Positions 8,594 to 17,846 of a DNA stretch of 17,846 nt are shown here, in pieces. The number at the start of each line of letters is the position of its first letter. The first letter of the stretch is position 1. The notes below the pieces were generated by a model. The model did not search any database. It had not been told where the DNA came from and saw nothing but the letters and a program-made list of their open reading frames with translations. The stretch spans positions 160,596 to 178,441 of the forward strand of contig JAKMXF010000341.1 in assembly GCA_024704765.1 (NCBI GenBank). Reading direction: 5' to 3'. A program made the translations under genes and the position numbers. This stretch comes from Oopsacas minuta. Taxonomy: Eukaryota; Animalia; Porifera.

Positions 8594-9737
8594 CCTACTG
8601 AATATTCATAAAAGAACAAATAATTTGCTTAGCTGAAATCTAGCCTAATTAGTTGTCACAGCGTTTCTACATTGAATTTCCGATCACATTTCTGCTTGAT
8701 TCTTATCAAAATGCTATACAGTCTAGGAAGGACAATACACTAGTATTACGTGTGATAAAGACAGTAACACGCACTTAGTTTGATCTACTATCGGGCCACT
8801 AGCCCCTCGGAGTTCTGGAGGAGGATATTTGACGCAAAGGGGGGACACCTGACCCTAGTACTCGAAGTTGCCTTTTGGACGCCGGAATCTCGGAATTTGA
8901 CATGATATCCAGGGGAAAAATACACAATTCAGGGAAATATTAGGTGTTAATAAGCATTCTTACTATTTTTATACAAAAGAAGAAAATTCGCATTATTTCA
9001 TTTAACATTAGAGATCCAGGGAAATAGCTTGAAGAAGTCGTTAAGTATGCAAACAGAATTACGTACATAAATATACAAATCGGCAACATTTTATTTGGTT
9101 TGATGCAGTTTAGACCTGTAATCTAAATAGATATAGATGATGTATTGCTATTTCTTGATAATCTACTTTATTTCATTTGTCTACAATCTACATCATAAAT
9201 GGACTACGTAGTATGTATTTAAGCGAAAATGATCCCAAAACGAGTTAATTACTATTTTGTATTTACGAAAACTATTGTTTCATAGACGCATATGTATATT
9301 GTCTTTGTAGCAGAGTTTACCCAATATGTCTTATTGTTTAAGCGTAATTGTTTAATAGTATGAAACCGAAGTCTGCTGTAACTAATGTGATACTATAAAT
9401 TCTTTCATATAACAGTCATATAATCGTTATAAGAACTTATTTTTCTTAAGAACCGCAACAGCAGTATATTAAACTACGGATTTATCGAAAAAGAGATATA
9501 AGTCATCTAACGAGCTGTTTAGCCTGCCCAAACGAGTATCGTCTAATCTAATGTGTTACTATTCACCTTTTTTCGGAGTTGCCATTGATATATTATCATG
9601 ATAATCTGATATTTTTAGATCTCGAGCATTTCTCGATAAATTGTATCAAATTACACTTAAGACGTACTCTCGGTTAGATCGTAATATTTTTAGTTTCCCA
9701 GGGGTAGGTCATATCAGAGTCCTACTGTATACCTTAT

Positions 9738-10541
9738 ATGCAATTGAGTCTAATTCTCCTCCTAAGTATAGCTGATATGAATATTGATACTATCCTCAGC
9801 TATAATATTATCCCTATTGAAGGTCTTGCTCCAGAACTAGTCAATTCTCTCTTCCTGTTCCTATTATCCTCAATAGCTGCAGCAGTAGCTGTATATGTTC
9901 ATGGTTGTAGAGTTAACAGAGGGATTCATCCCGCCCTACTAGACCAGGTTGAAGAGGTCAGGACCAATCTAGTTGCTCTCCCTCAGGCCCCAGATAGAGA
10001 GGGACTACCTCATCAAGACAGCTGTCCTATCTGTATGACACCACCTACCCTTCCTGTTGAGACTAACTGTGGTCATATATTCTGTATTAACTGCTTCACA
10101 ATGTACTGGACACATGTAGGTGATTTTAGCACTACTAAGTGTCCAATGTGTAGGAGCCGTGTCACACTACTCATGCTCACTCAACCGAGGGAAACATATG
10201 CAGCTGACACAGATAATTTACAGAAAGTGGAGGCTTACAACCGTAGACACTCTGGACAACCTCGCACTCTTATAGAGCAGTTATACGACACACCTGCCTT
10301 CCTACGTCACATGTTCAGAGAGTTCTTCACCCCCGGGATGCTACACATCACTTACATCGGTAGAATCATTGTAATCCTTATCGGTCTGCTGATCTACTTA
10401 TTATCTCCTCTGGATATTATCCCAGAGAGTGTGTTTGGTATATTCGGACTAGTAGATGATATCTTCATAGCATTAATCATACTGTGTAGTCTGGGTAATA
10501 TGTATCGTGCATTATTGATTGATAGAGATTACAGAGACTAA
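9738..10541 (+). CDS. RNF170: RNF170-type ER membrane E3 ubiquitin ligase (N-terminal TM, C3HC4 RING, DUF1232); true start may be the ATG at 9777
   Basis: RING CPICMTPPTLPVETNCGHIFCINC...CPMC, plus IEG and IHP motifs, YNRRHSGQPR, LRHMFREFF and YLLSPLDIIPESVFGIFGLVDD. These match the RNF170 family as I recall it. Confidence 0.9.
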   Translation: MQLSLILLLSIADMNIDTILSYNIIPIEGLAPELVNSLFLFLLSSIAAAVAVYVHGCRVNRGIHPALLDQVEEVRTNLVALPQAPDREGLPHQDSCPICMTPPTLPVETNCGHIFCINCFTMYWTHVGDFSTTKCPMCRSRVTLLMLTQPRETYAADTDNLQKVEAYNRRHSGQPRTLIEQLYDTPAFLRHMFREFFTPGMLHITYIGRIIVILIGLLIYLLSPLDIIPESVFGIFGLVDDIFIALIILCSLGNMYRALLIDRDYRD

Positions 10542-11709
10542 TGAGTGGATTGATGGTATGTATCTGTTATATGTTGTTTCAATTTATGCTTTCAAGCTCG
10601 TATATACTATCATAATATTTAATAATATATTCATTTTATTATTGTTCTAAACTATCTACCAATACGGTATCTATATTGTATCCTTTGGGGAATGTAGTTT
10701 GTTTACTAACTATATTTCATACTTTACCACCATTAATAAGCCCCCCTGGGTCCTGGTCCATTGAATAAGTTTATATACAAGTAAATAATAGGAAGTGGCT
10801 AAGTGCCAGGCTACTGTACACAATTTTATTCTTAATGTGCTTGTAGCGTGGTACACACCTTAAGAGGAAAATATTGGATCCTATTCTAGCATTAATCCTT
10901 AAAGTGTCGTCGTCGGCACTTTAGCTGCAGCCTATATATATAGTAATATATAGATGTGTGTGTATATGAGTAATTAATTGTTATACGTATATTATAAATA
11001 CACTCTTTGACTTCTTTATTCAATAAGAAAGTCGGATCGTATACTTCTGCAGTCTGCACCTGACCCCTTATCCATGGTTTATCACTAATACGTTTATAGA
11101 ATAATGTTAGAAATGATTTATTAAAATAGTAGCCGTAACACGTATTAGCCGATAGAATAGATTTCGGAGTATGTATTCTGACATTCTGAGTCACTTATCC
11201 ATAGTCCTATATTGCGTCAGGGGACCGAACATCCATTAACTTGAGGCTACTGGGTCCCACGGAGACACGTTTCAAACGATGCCAAGTTACGATCCCATAA
11301 TTTCTTTGAAATACAACAGTTAAATGTTTGATTACAGTAGGCCCATACAAACCTCCTCTCATCCGAACACGGCCTTAAGACAGAAAATGTTAATACAATT
11401 GACGAAATAAAGTATTAGGATTATACACAGCTGTCGGATTATGCAGGTTCCAACGTATACCACATATGGTCATAAACCATATGTGCTTGCTTACCACCCC
11501 CATATACTATGTTCCTTGGAATCCTTACCGATTATTTGTATAGAGTTATTATCTCTATTAATTCTCCGAGTCAGAAGAGGCCATATAGGTTCATTTTCAT
11601 TATCTATTAATAATTTGTATTTATCGCCTATTTGGCTCGAATGCTAACATTCGATCACACCCTCATTATTTCACCTAATCATTTGTGTTTTAGAGACGAT
11701 ATACAGATA

Positions 11710-11940
11710 TGATCTGAAGAATTTCGCATTTTAAAGTTTCTCATATGTAAATTTATTGTTGTTTTCATGAATATTAAGTAACAAATAGTTGAAATCTCTA
11801 AATATACTTGGAAACTTGCTTTCATCAGAAATATTGGGTTAACAAAATACCCTGAATCCGAATTTCGCATATTCAAGTTTCTCTTATTTACATTCTTTGT
11901 TGTTTTTATGAATATATAGTAAACAAATAGTTGAAATATT
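11710..11940 (-). repeat. Tandem pair (141-bp period) of a dispersed repeat
   Basis: gaatttcgcat...gtttctc...ttgttgttttcatgaatat...acaaatagttgaaat starts at both 11719 and 11860. Confidence 0.7.
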
Positions 11941-12144
11941 TATCTATTAACCCCGCCATCAGCTAGACCCTCCATAAGCTAGCTTTGTAGGAATTACTTG
12001 CAGATTTGATTCGATTTAGTAATTAGAATAACTTGATTGTATTCATAATTATATTAAGAATTCATCTAACTGAATTGTCATATTCCTATAATGTAGATTT
12101 ACATCCAATACATATAATCTGAATTCTATATTTAATTATATTAG

Positions 12145-12323
12145 AATATAATATAATATAATGTAATGTAATGTAATGTAATGTAATGTAATGTAATGTA
12201 ATGTAATATAATGTAATGTAATGTAATGTATGTAATGTAATGTAATGTAATGTAATGTAATGTAATGTAATATAATGTAATGTAATGTAATGTATGTAAT
12301 GTAATGTAATGTAATGTAATGTA
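12145..12323. repeat. (ATGTA)n pentanucleotide microsatellite with a 64-bp higher-order duplication
   Basis: About 36 units. The variant ATATA occurs at 12206 and 12270, and the 4-nt unit TGTA at 12231 and 12295. Confidence 0.97.
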
Positions 12324-12809
12324 TCCTAATATTCATTCAATTCATTATTACTTATATTCTTATGAGAGCATTTTGTATTATCTCCACTGAGGTTTAAATT
12401 ATCTAAATTGAATACATATTTGATTAAATAATTATTTTCCAGACTTCTGTAGCTTTGAATAACTTTACTGAGGTTTATGGGGTATTATGCGATTACAGAC
12501 TTGTATTTCTGTGAATCAGAAAAATAATTAGAAATTTAGCATGCATTTCTTAGGTTGTAGGTGATACAGCATGATTTTTCATATTTTATATGTCTAGAAT
12601 AAGTTATTTCGCTGATTTCTAGAAACTATGTAGTATTAACTCTTTCTTATATTAAACTTTGTTGATTAGGTTTCTTTACGTCTCAAATTTGTGTTATTAA
12701 TTCTTTAATTTCTTTCATAAACCTAACCTTTTAGCAAAATATGTAGTTAGGGTCGCCAGACGGCCGTGTCTAGAGCGTTTTGTCTGGAGTCCGGGTTTGA
12801 ACGATATCA

Positions 12810-12870
12810 CAGTACAACCTCTATAAGTGGTGTCTCTATAAATGGGGAACGTCTATAAGCGGGCAATTTT
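12810..12870 (+). mobile_element. Solo left end of the MITE family seen at 15157-15424
   Basis: cagtacaacctctataagtgg is followed by two degenerate ctataa/gtgg subterminal repeats, as at 15157. Confidence 0.55.
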
Positions 12871-12911
12871 TCGTCCTAGCAACCCTATATGTAGTCAACA
12901 TGGATATATTA

Positions 12912-13196
12912 CAGTAGGCCCTCGATTATCCGAACAACTGAAATTACATTTGTGTGAAAATCGTTCAAATTTCATCTCAAAATGAGCTATTTCTTTAGTA
13001 CTAGATTTTCGGATGATGCGATCATTTTAGGCACTTATTGCAATAAATATGCAGTCAAATATTCCAAATTATTAAATCCTCATCTCAATAGCTCTGTGCT
13101 GTGCAATTTCATATAGGAATATACACAATTTTAGTTATCCTAACACTGATATTGTAAATGTATGACGAAGGTGTTCGGATAAAAGCTGGTATACTG
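12912..13196. mobile_element. Tc1/pogo-type MITE (285 bp) with TA target duplication
   Basis: Left end TA|CAGTAGGCCCTCGATTATCCGAACA. Right end, as reverse complement, TA|CAGTATACCAGCTTTTATCCGAACA. A related end is at 11335. Confidence 0.65.
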
Positions 13197-13237
13197 TATT
13201 AGCTTAAATATTCCTGTTTGTTAATAGGTTAGTACAT

Positions 13238-13519
13238 TTTTATCCAAATGATATCGAAGACAGTCTCACAGACGAGCTGATCCAATTCAGTCCTTACCTA
13301 AAGTCAGAAATGGATAAAGCTATGATCCTTGAATATAGTATAGAACTAGTCATGTATCAAATGCTATCGCAGCATGGTCTTTGCGAGGCATTCCAAAGCC
13401 TAAATATAACACTTCGCATATACTTATTCCTTGTGGCTAGCAATTGTACCGGTGAGCGATCGTTCTCCAAACTTAAGCGGATAAAAAGCGAAATGCGCTC
13501 AACTATGTCTGAGACCTAG
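13238..13519 (+). pseudogene. hAT transposase C-terminal dimerisation-domain fragment (ZMYM1-like type)
   Basis: The in-frame translation reads FYPNDIEDSLTDELIQF...LRIYLFLVASNCTGERSFSKLKRIKSEMRSTMSET*. ERSFSxLKRIK...RSTM is the hAT dimerisation motif. It stops prematurely and no upstream catalytic region is evident. Confidence 0.8.
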
Positions 13520-14471
13520 AATAGACGATGCAACATTGATGCATCATGTATTATGCCTTGTTACATGCAACAAAGTTGTATCGCGTATAGTGAGGTTTAT
13601 AGTGGGTAATAAAGAAATTCTGAAAGAGCAGATACCGCTTTTTTGAGGGCCTTACCACACTGAATTTAATTACCATACTTCATAGAAGAAACAGGAGTGG
13701 CGAAAACAGATTAAAGGTTGCCAGGTCATTTATATCCCGACTACCAGTTTGTCTGACCGGTTCCACTGGCCCTACTCTATCTGTCTAATTGTTTTACTTC
13801 ATTGTACGGTTAGTTATGAATGGGTATATACCAAACATGAATTCATGATTGTTAATAAGACCCTTCATATCCTATTAAATGTTTTATACAAATATAGAAA
13901 TTAAATGGGAAGACATCTACTGGCTGTTGTTAAGTCACAATCCTAATCATGTGTTGAAATAATCATAGATAATACATATCATTAGTATCATAATACGCGT
14001 AGTATCTTGCTTGGCTTTCTCATTATTTGGATACTCATCAAAATGAGTGTTAACAAATGTCTTCGACAGATCATCACAATTCTATTGATATACTTTCCAC
14101 TATTACCGTATTTCAATCGTGTAGTCAGTCTATTGCACTTTATTATTGCATTCAATTATTCAAATCTTGTCATCATAAACCTAGTTCGAGGCCATAAATC
14201 CATCCACACATCTATCAAATAAATGTGTTTAGTTTTGTTTAAGCTGTGGAATGTGCTTAATTATCATTGCATGTTCAGAGAAGACCCTCTAATGAAAAGG
14301 TAGCAATTGCGTGACCACATAATCTTCTGAATAGCTGTTACGACTCTAGTTTGCTGACCTACAACCAGTAATATGCTGCTACTCTACAAGCATATTATTG
14401 TACATGCATTTTTTGTATAAATAATGATTGGGATAATTTCTGGTAAATTATTCATTCAATACACACCTAAT

Positions 14472-14933
14472 ATGGCTGAGTTGAATTATGCATTAAATGC
14501 TGATCAGTTGTCTGAGCTGCAAGCAATGTTCCTTTGGCTGGACAAGGAAAACAATAGTTTTATCAAGGTTGAAGACCTGGAGAACTTCCTGGTATCCTGG
14601 AGGAAGATTGTAAGTATTGATGATGTGAAAAAATTAATTGAAGTTTCAGACCTGGATAAATCTGGGAGAGTAGAATTCCATTTGTTTTCTAACGTTGTTG
14701 TGGAGTTTGATAAAATATTTAAAGCTGAGTTATACAAAGAACTTAGCTCAACTTTTAGAAAGATAGATGATAACAGGACTGGTTACGTCAAAGTAGAAGA
14801 TGTGCTAACTGTATTCAAAACTAACGAGTATTCTGTTTCAATTGATTACGTCATCACTATAATTAATCAGATCAATCCTTCCAATAATGAACTCGTTAAT
14901 TACAAGAATTTCATTGAATCGTTTATTTGTTGA
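14472..14933 (+). CDS. Divergent calmodulin-like four-EF-hand protein (153 aa from ATG 14472; in-frame upstream ATG at 14424)
   Basis: It has the CaM-like helix-loop-helix spacing, with loops DKENNSFIKVED, DLDKSGRVEFHL, DDNRTGYVKVED and NPSNNELVNYKN. The ORF is uninterrupted. Confidence 0.75.
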   Translation: MAELNYALNADQLSELQAMFLWLDKENNSFIKVEDLENFLVSWRKIVSIDDVKKLIEVSDLDKSGRVEFHLFSNVVVEFDKIFKAELYKELSSTFRKIDDNRTGYVKVEDVLTVFKTNEYSVSIDYVITIINQINPSNNELVNYKNFIESFIC

Positions 14934-15156
14934 ATTTCACTCTCTCCATTTTCTTCAAGTAATTACATGAGGTAGTGATTAATACTCAGGAGAGTTGTAT
15001 ATAGGGTGTTGAGGTGTACGGTCTAATCAAGTGGTGACAGCCGATTTTTGCTTTATATGGTTATATTTATTTTCGAGATTTTATACATTAATTGGAAGAT
15101 ATATAATTATTCATTGCTATCAGTTCACAATCTATTTTACTGAGATACTGCTAGTA

Positions 15157-15424
15157 CAGTGCAACCTCTATAAGTGGGTCTCCTCTATAGATGGAGAACC
15201 TCTTCATGTGGGGAATAGGGAATGATGGAATTTTATATACACCAACAACTTACTGCATATTATAATATTCAAATATTGAAAACAGTCGTTGGTGGATGAG
15301 GCTATACATATTTACTCAAATATCTCTCTTTCAACGACATTTACATTTGAAGTTATTAATTGGGAATGGGGGGTTATCAGGAGATTCGTCGGCCCTATCT
15401 CCCCCACATATAGAGGTTCTAATG
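15157..15424. mobile_element. Tc1/pogo-type MITE (268 bp) with TA target duplication
   Basis: Left end TA|CAGTGCAACCTCTATAAGTGGG. Right end, as reverse complement, TA|CATTAGAACCTCTATATGTGGG. There are three ~17-bp subterminal repeats at the left end. Confidence 0.7.
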
Positions 15425-15546
15425 TACTATAATTGTTATTCTTACAACTTTAATATTCCCACATAATTCAATCTATTGCACCATGGCCATGGCCGCACAT
15501 TTATTTACTTATACAAATAATAGTTTGCTTCGCTCGTTACTGCAAT

Positions 15547-15881
15547 GTTGCCGTGGGTATGGGAATTCCCATGGGAAACCAGTGACGGCGCTAGAGATGG
15601 GACTAGAGCCACATTAAACTTTTTCAGCCTGATCACTTGATAGGCTGAGAAGATACAAAGTGAGAAATATATCGAAGAAGTATTTCAATTTTCAACCAAT
15701 CTTAAACTATTTTAAAAGTATTTCAGCAAAATTTTATTATAATATTTTGCTTCGATAACTTTAAATTTAACTTCCAGCTCCAAATCCCGTTCCCATCGTA
15801 ACCATAAGAGTTGCCGTGAGAATGAGAATTCCCATTGAGATCATGTGGGAATGGGAATTGAAATTCTGTTCCCACAGCAAC
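15547..15881. mobile_element. Two adjacent small inverted-repeat elements sharing GTTGCCGTGGG(A/T)ATGGGAATTCCCA ends (hAT-like MITE relics)
   Basis: Left-type ends at 15547 and 15810. Inverted right-type ends at ~15783-15803 (tcccgttcccatcgtaacc) and 15869-15881 (ttcccacagcaac). No TSD was found, so the superfamily is inferred. Confidence 0.45.
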
Positions 15882-16687
15882 CGTGCTTGTTAGACTACTT
15901 CATAACTTGAGGAAAGGCACCTGTACAGTCTACACAACTACTGCCTTGCGGTTGTACACTCGACAAGAAATAAATATCCTCATTTCGAATAGATTTTAGC
16001 CGGAATTAAGTAATTTTCATTTTCGAATTTTGAGTGACAGGACGAATACTCTAAGAGTGTTAGGGAACTTATACTTGTTCAACGATTAACGATTATCGAA
16101 TCAAGTCGGGTAAATGCTCCAATTTGGTACAAAGTTGCAGCAGTATCTGATTGTCACGTGTTTGCTAAGGTGAAGAAACTGTACAGGAAAACACTGGACG
16201 AATCATATAACACTGGACATAGCGAAATTTCCCCCTAAAAACTGGACAATAGTAACTTTATATTGATGGTAAGATGCGAGCGAAGCGATCCGAAATGTAA
16301 GGTTTGCTATTCGAGCTAGTTTGTATTTCAATATATTGAAATATTTGTGAATACCACTGCACTATGATTCCATATCATGTATAATTATCCTGGAGGTATC
16401 TCCAATCCCCCTATATCTGCGGATCTGCAACTGGTCATGCTATAACTGTTCCGGAAGCAACCATTGTATTATAGTAATGGGTTATTGTCACTATATCTGC
16501 GATTACCTTTTCAAAGCCACTCAGTTAGAGCCAACAGGACAAAATTTGGGGAGGCTTACCCTCACCAAGCCTCTATTATGCATTGCCCATGTGTACACGT
16601 CAAGGCAAAAGTGGTCAGACATTTGCCTTACATGCCTGATCAGTTTCACCGGTGTCATATTGTAATCCTCCCCTCTGTAAATATCAC

Positions 16688-16753
16688 CCCGGGAAGAACT
16701 TTACTACACATGATAATCTTCCCGGGGGGAAAATTATCATGTGTAGTAAAGTT
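16688..16753. repeat. Interlocked inverted repeats / perfect 21-bp stem
   Basis: AACTTTACTACACATGATAAT (16697-16717) pairs with 16733-16753. CCCGGGAAGA (16688-16697) also pairs with 16717-16726. Confidence 0.85.
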
Positions 16754-17647
16754 TCCCCTATTCAAAAACAGTTAGAGTCCTTTCTTTCTTTGTTTATCTA
16801 CAGACAAACAAACAAAGAACAATGAGATTTAATAATATAGATTTAGTACTAAATGTGACTAGTAACAGTACAAATTGGGATAGAGGGGAAGAATACTCAA
16901 AGGATAATACGTAGATTCTAGTAACAAAATGACCCAAACATAACATTGATTAGATAATTTGCATAATAGAATAATTCCAATAAATATAATTTCGTATACA
17001 AGTTCTTGCTACAAATTCTGACCAAACCAGCATATGAGTGTATGTTAATGGCACCGTTGATCAACTGCATGTTGGTAGCATCCCTATGAAACAAATACGA
17101 AACCCAAATGTACTTGCCAAACAAATTTATTGATTAACCGAACAAATTTCAAAACTAAACATATAACATATTGACTTACGAAAATATTGGATACATATTA
17201 TTAGCATTTAGTAATTAGTAATTAAGTGTCAAACTTGTCAAACGACCGCGCTTCGCTGCTCAGGTGCGCGATTTGCTAACATTTCGTGTTCTTGTTGAGT
17301 TCAGCACTTTGTGTCTGGAGGTTTTTTCATAAGAACAACAGTACATATAACGTACATATGAGAAACTTGAAGTGCGAAATTTGGAATCAGCGTACTACTC
17401 GATTACTCAAGTATAACAGTTGAAAGTAATCTGCCCAACACTATATGTTTGTATCCCCGATTATAATACACACCAGACAAACAAACAAATACACAATCAT
17501 ATATGCAATTTAGTTTTGATAATGTAGACATCTACTCTTAAGTCCTAATAAGGTTTGTATTAATAAGAACCTCCTGGAAATTCGGTGTTGTTGCTTATTG
17601 CCTAAAAATTAAATATGCTCTTTTCTGTACTCTTCATATTTATTAGT

Positions 17648-17846
17648 ATGGTGAATCGAATGTTGCTACTAGCACTCATCTCTATAATCTTCATACCAAC
17701 ATCTCTCACACAGTGTAACACTGAGTTACCTGATAACTCTAAAGTTATACTGGATTCTAATACTTATCATACAGTAGATACTGGTGGGGTAATACAACCT
17801 GAAACTTTAGGATGGGGCAGTGTTCAAGTAGATAGTATAGTATATA
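17648..17846 (+). CDS. Probable secreted or membrane protein, N-terminus only (runs off the window)
   Basis: Manual translation gives MVNRMLLLALISIIFIPTSLTQCNTELPDNSKVILDSNTYHTVDTGGVIQPETLGWGSVQVDSIVY, open to the window end. The N-terminus has a signal-peptide-like basic then hydrophobic pattern. Confidence 0.55.
   Translation, partial: MVNRMLLLALISIIFIPTSLTQCNTELPDNSKVILDSNTYHTVDTGGVIQPETLGWGSVQVDSIVY

Noticed and set aside
12136-12336. ITLHY-repeat ORF
   Set aside because: It is a translation of the microsatellite.
1646-15225. Remaining short ORFs in the track (1646, 2000, 2236, 3686, 5247, 7264, 8142, 10892, 11441, 11679, 14007, 14504, 15031; also 254 and 16918 outside this span)
   Set aside because: They overlap real genes in other frames or strands, or lie in AT-rich repeat DNA, and none has a recognisable motif.
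16464-16775. 103-aa and 62-aa plus ORFs
   Set aside because: They have alternative starts or no motifs, and the longer one runs through an inverted-repeat structure.

Overview
AT-rich eukaryotic genomic DNA, most likely from an animal. A compact-genome sponge such as a glass sponge is an unverified guess from the intron-poor genes and TE landscape. Four apparently intronless + strand genes are recognisable: adenosylhomocysteinase (AHCY), a calmodulin paralog, an RNF170-type RING/DUF1232 E3 ligase and a strongly degenerate calmodulin-like EF-hand protein. A signal-peptide ORF runs off the right edge. The intergenic DNA holds DNA-transposon relics: a frameshifted Merlin/ISXO2-like transposase, a hAT C-terminal fragment, Tc1/pogo-type TA-flanked MITEs and small palindromic elements. 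The stand-out structure is a ~1.6 kb near-perfect palindrome (5411-7025). It has two 752-bp arms with one mismatch by manual comparison, a 22-bp spacer, two tail-to-tail copies of a 5'-truncated MULE transposase, and outward-facing terminal repeat arrays. This resembles a Mu-killer-type hairpin silencer that may itself be a mobilisable foldback element. It sits ~380 bp upstream of the calmodulin gene.
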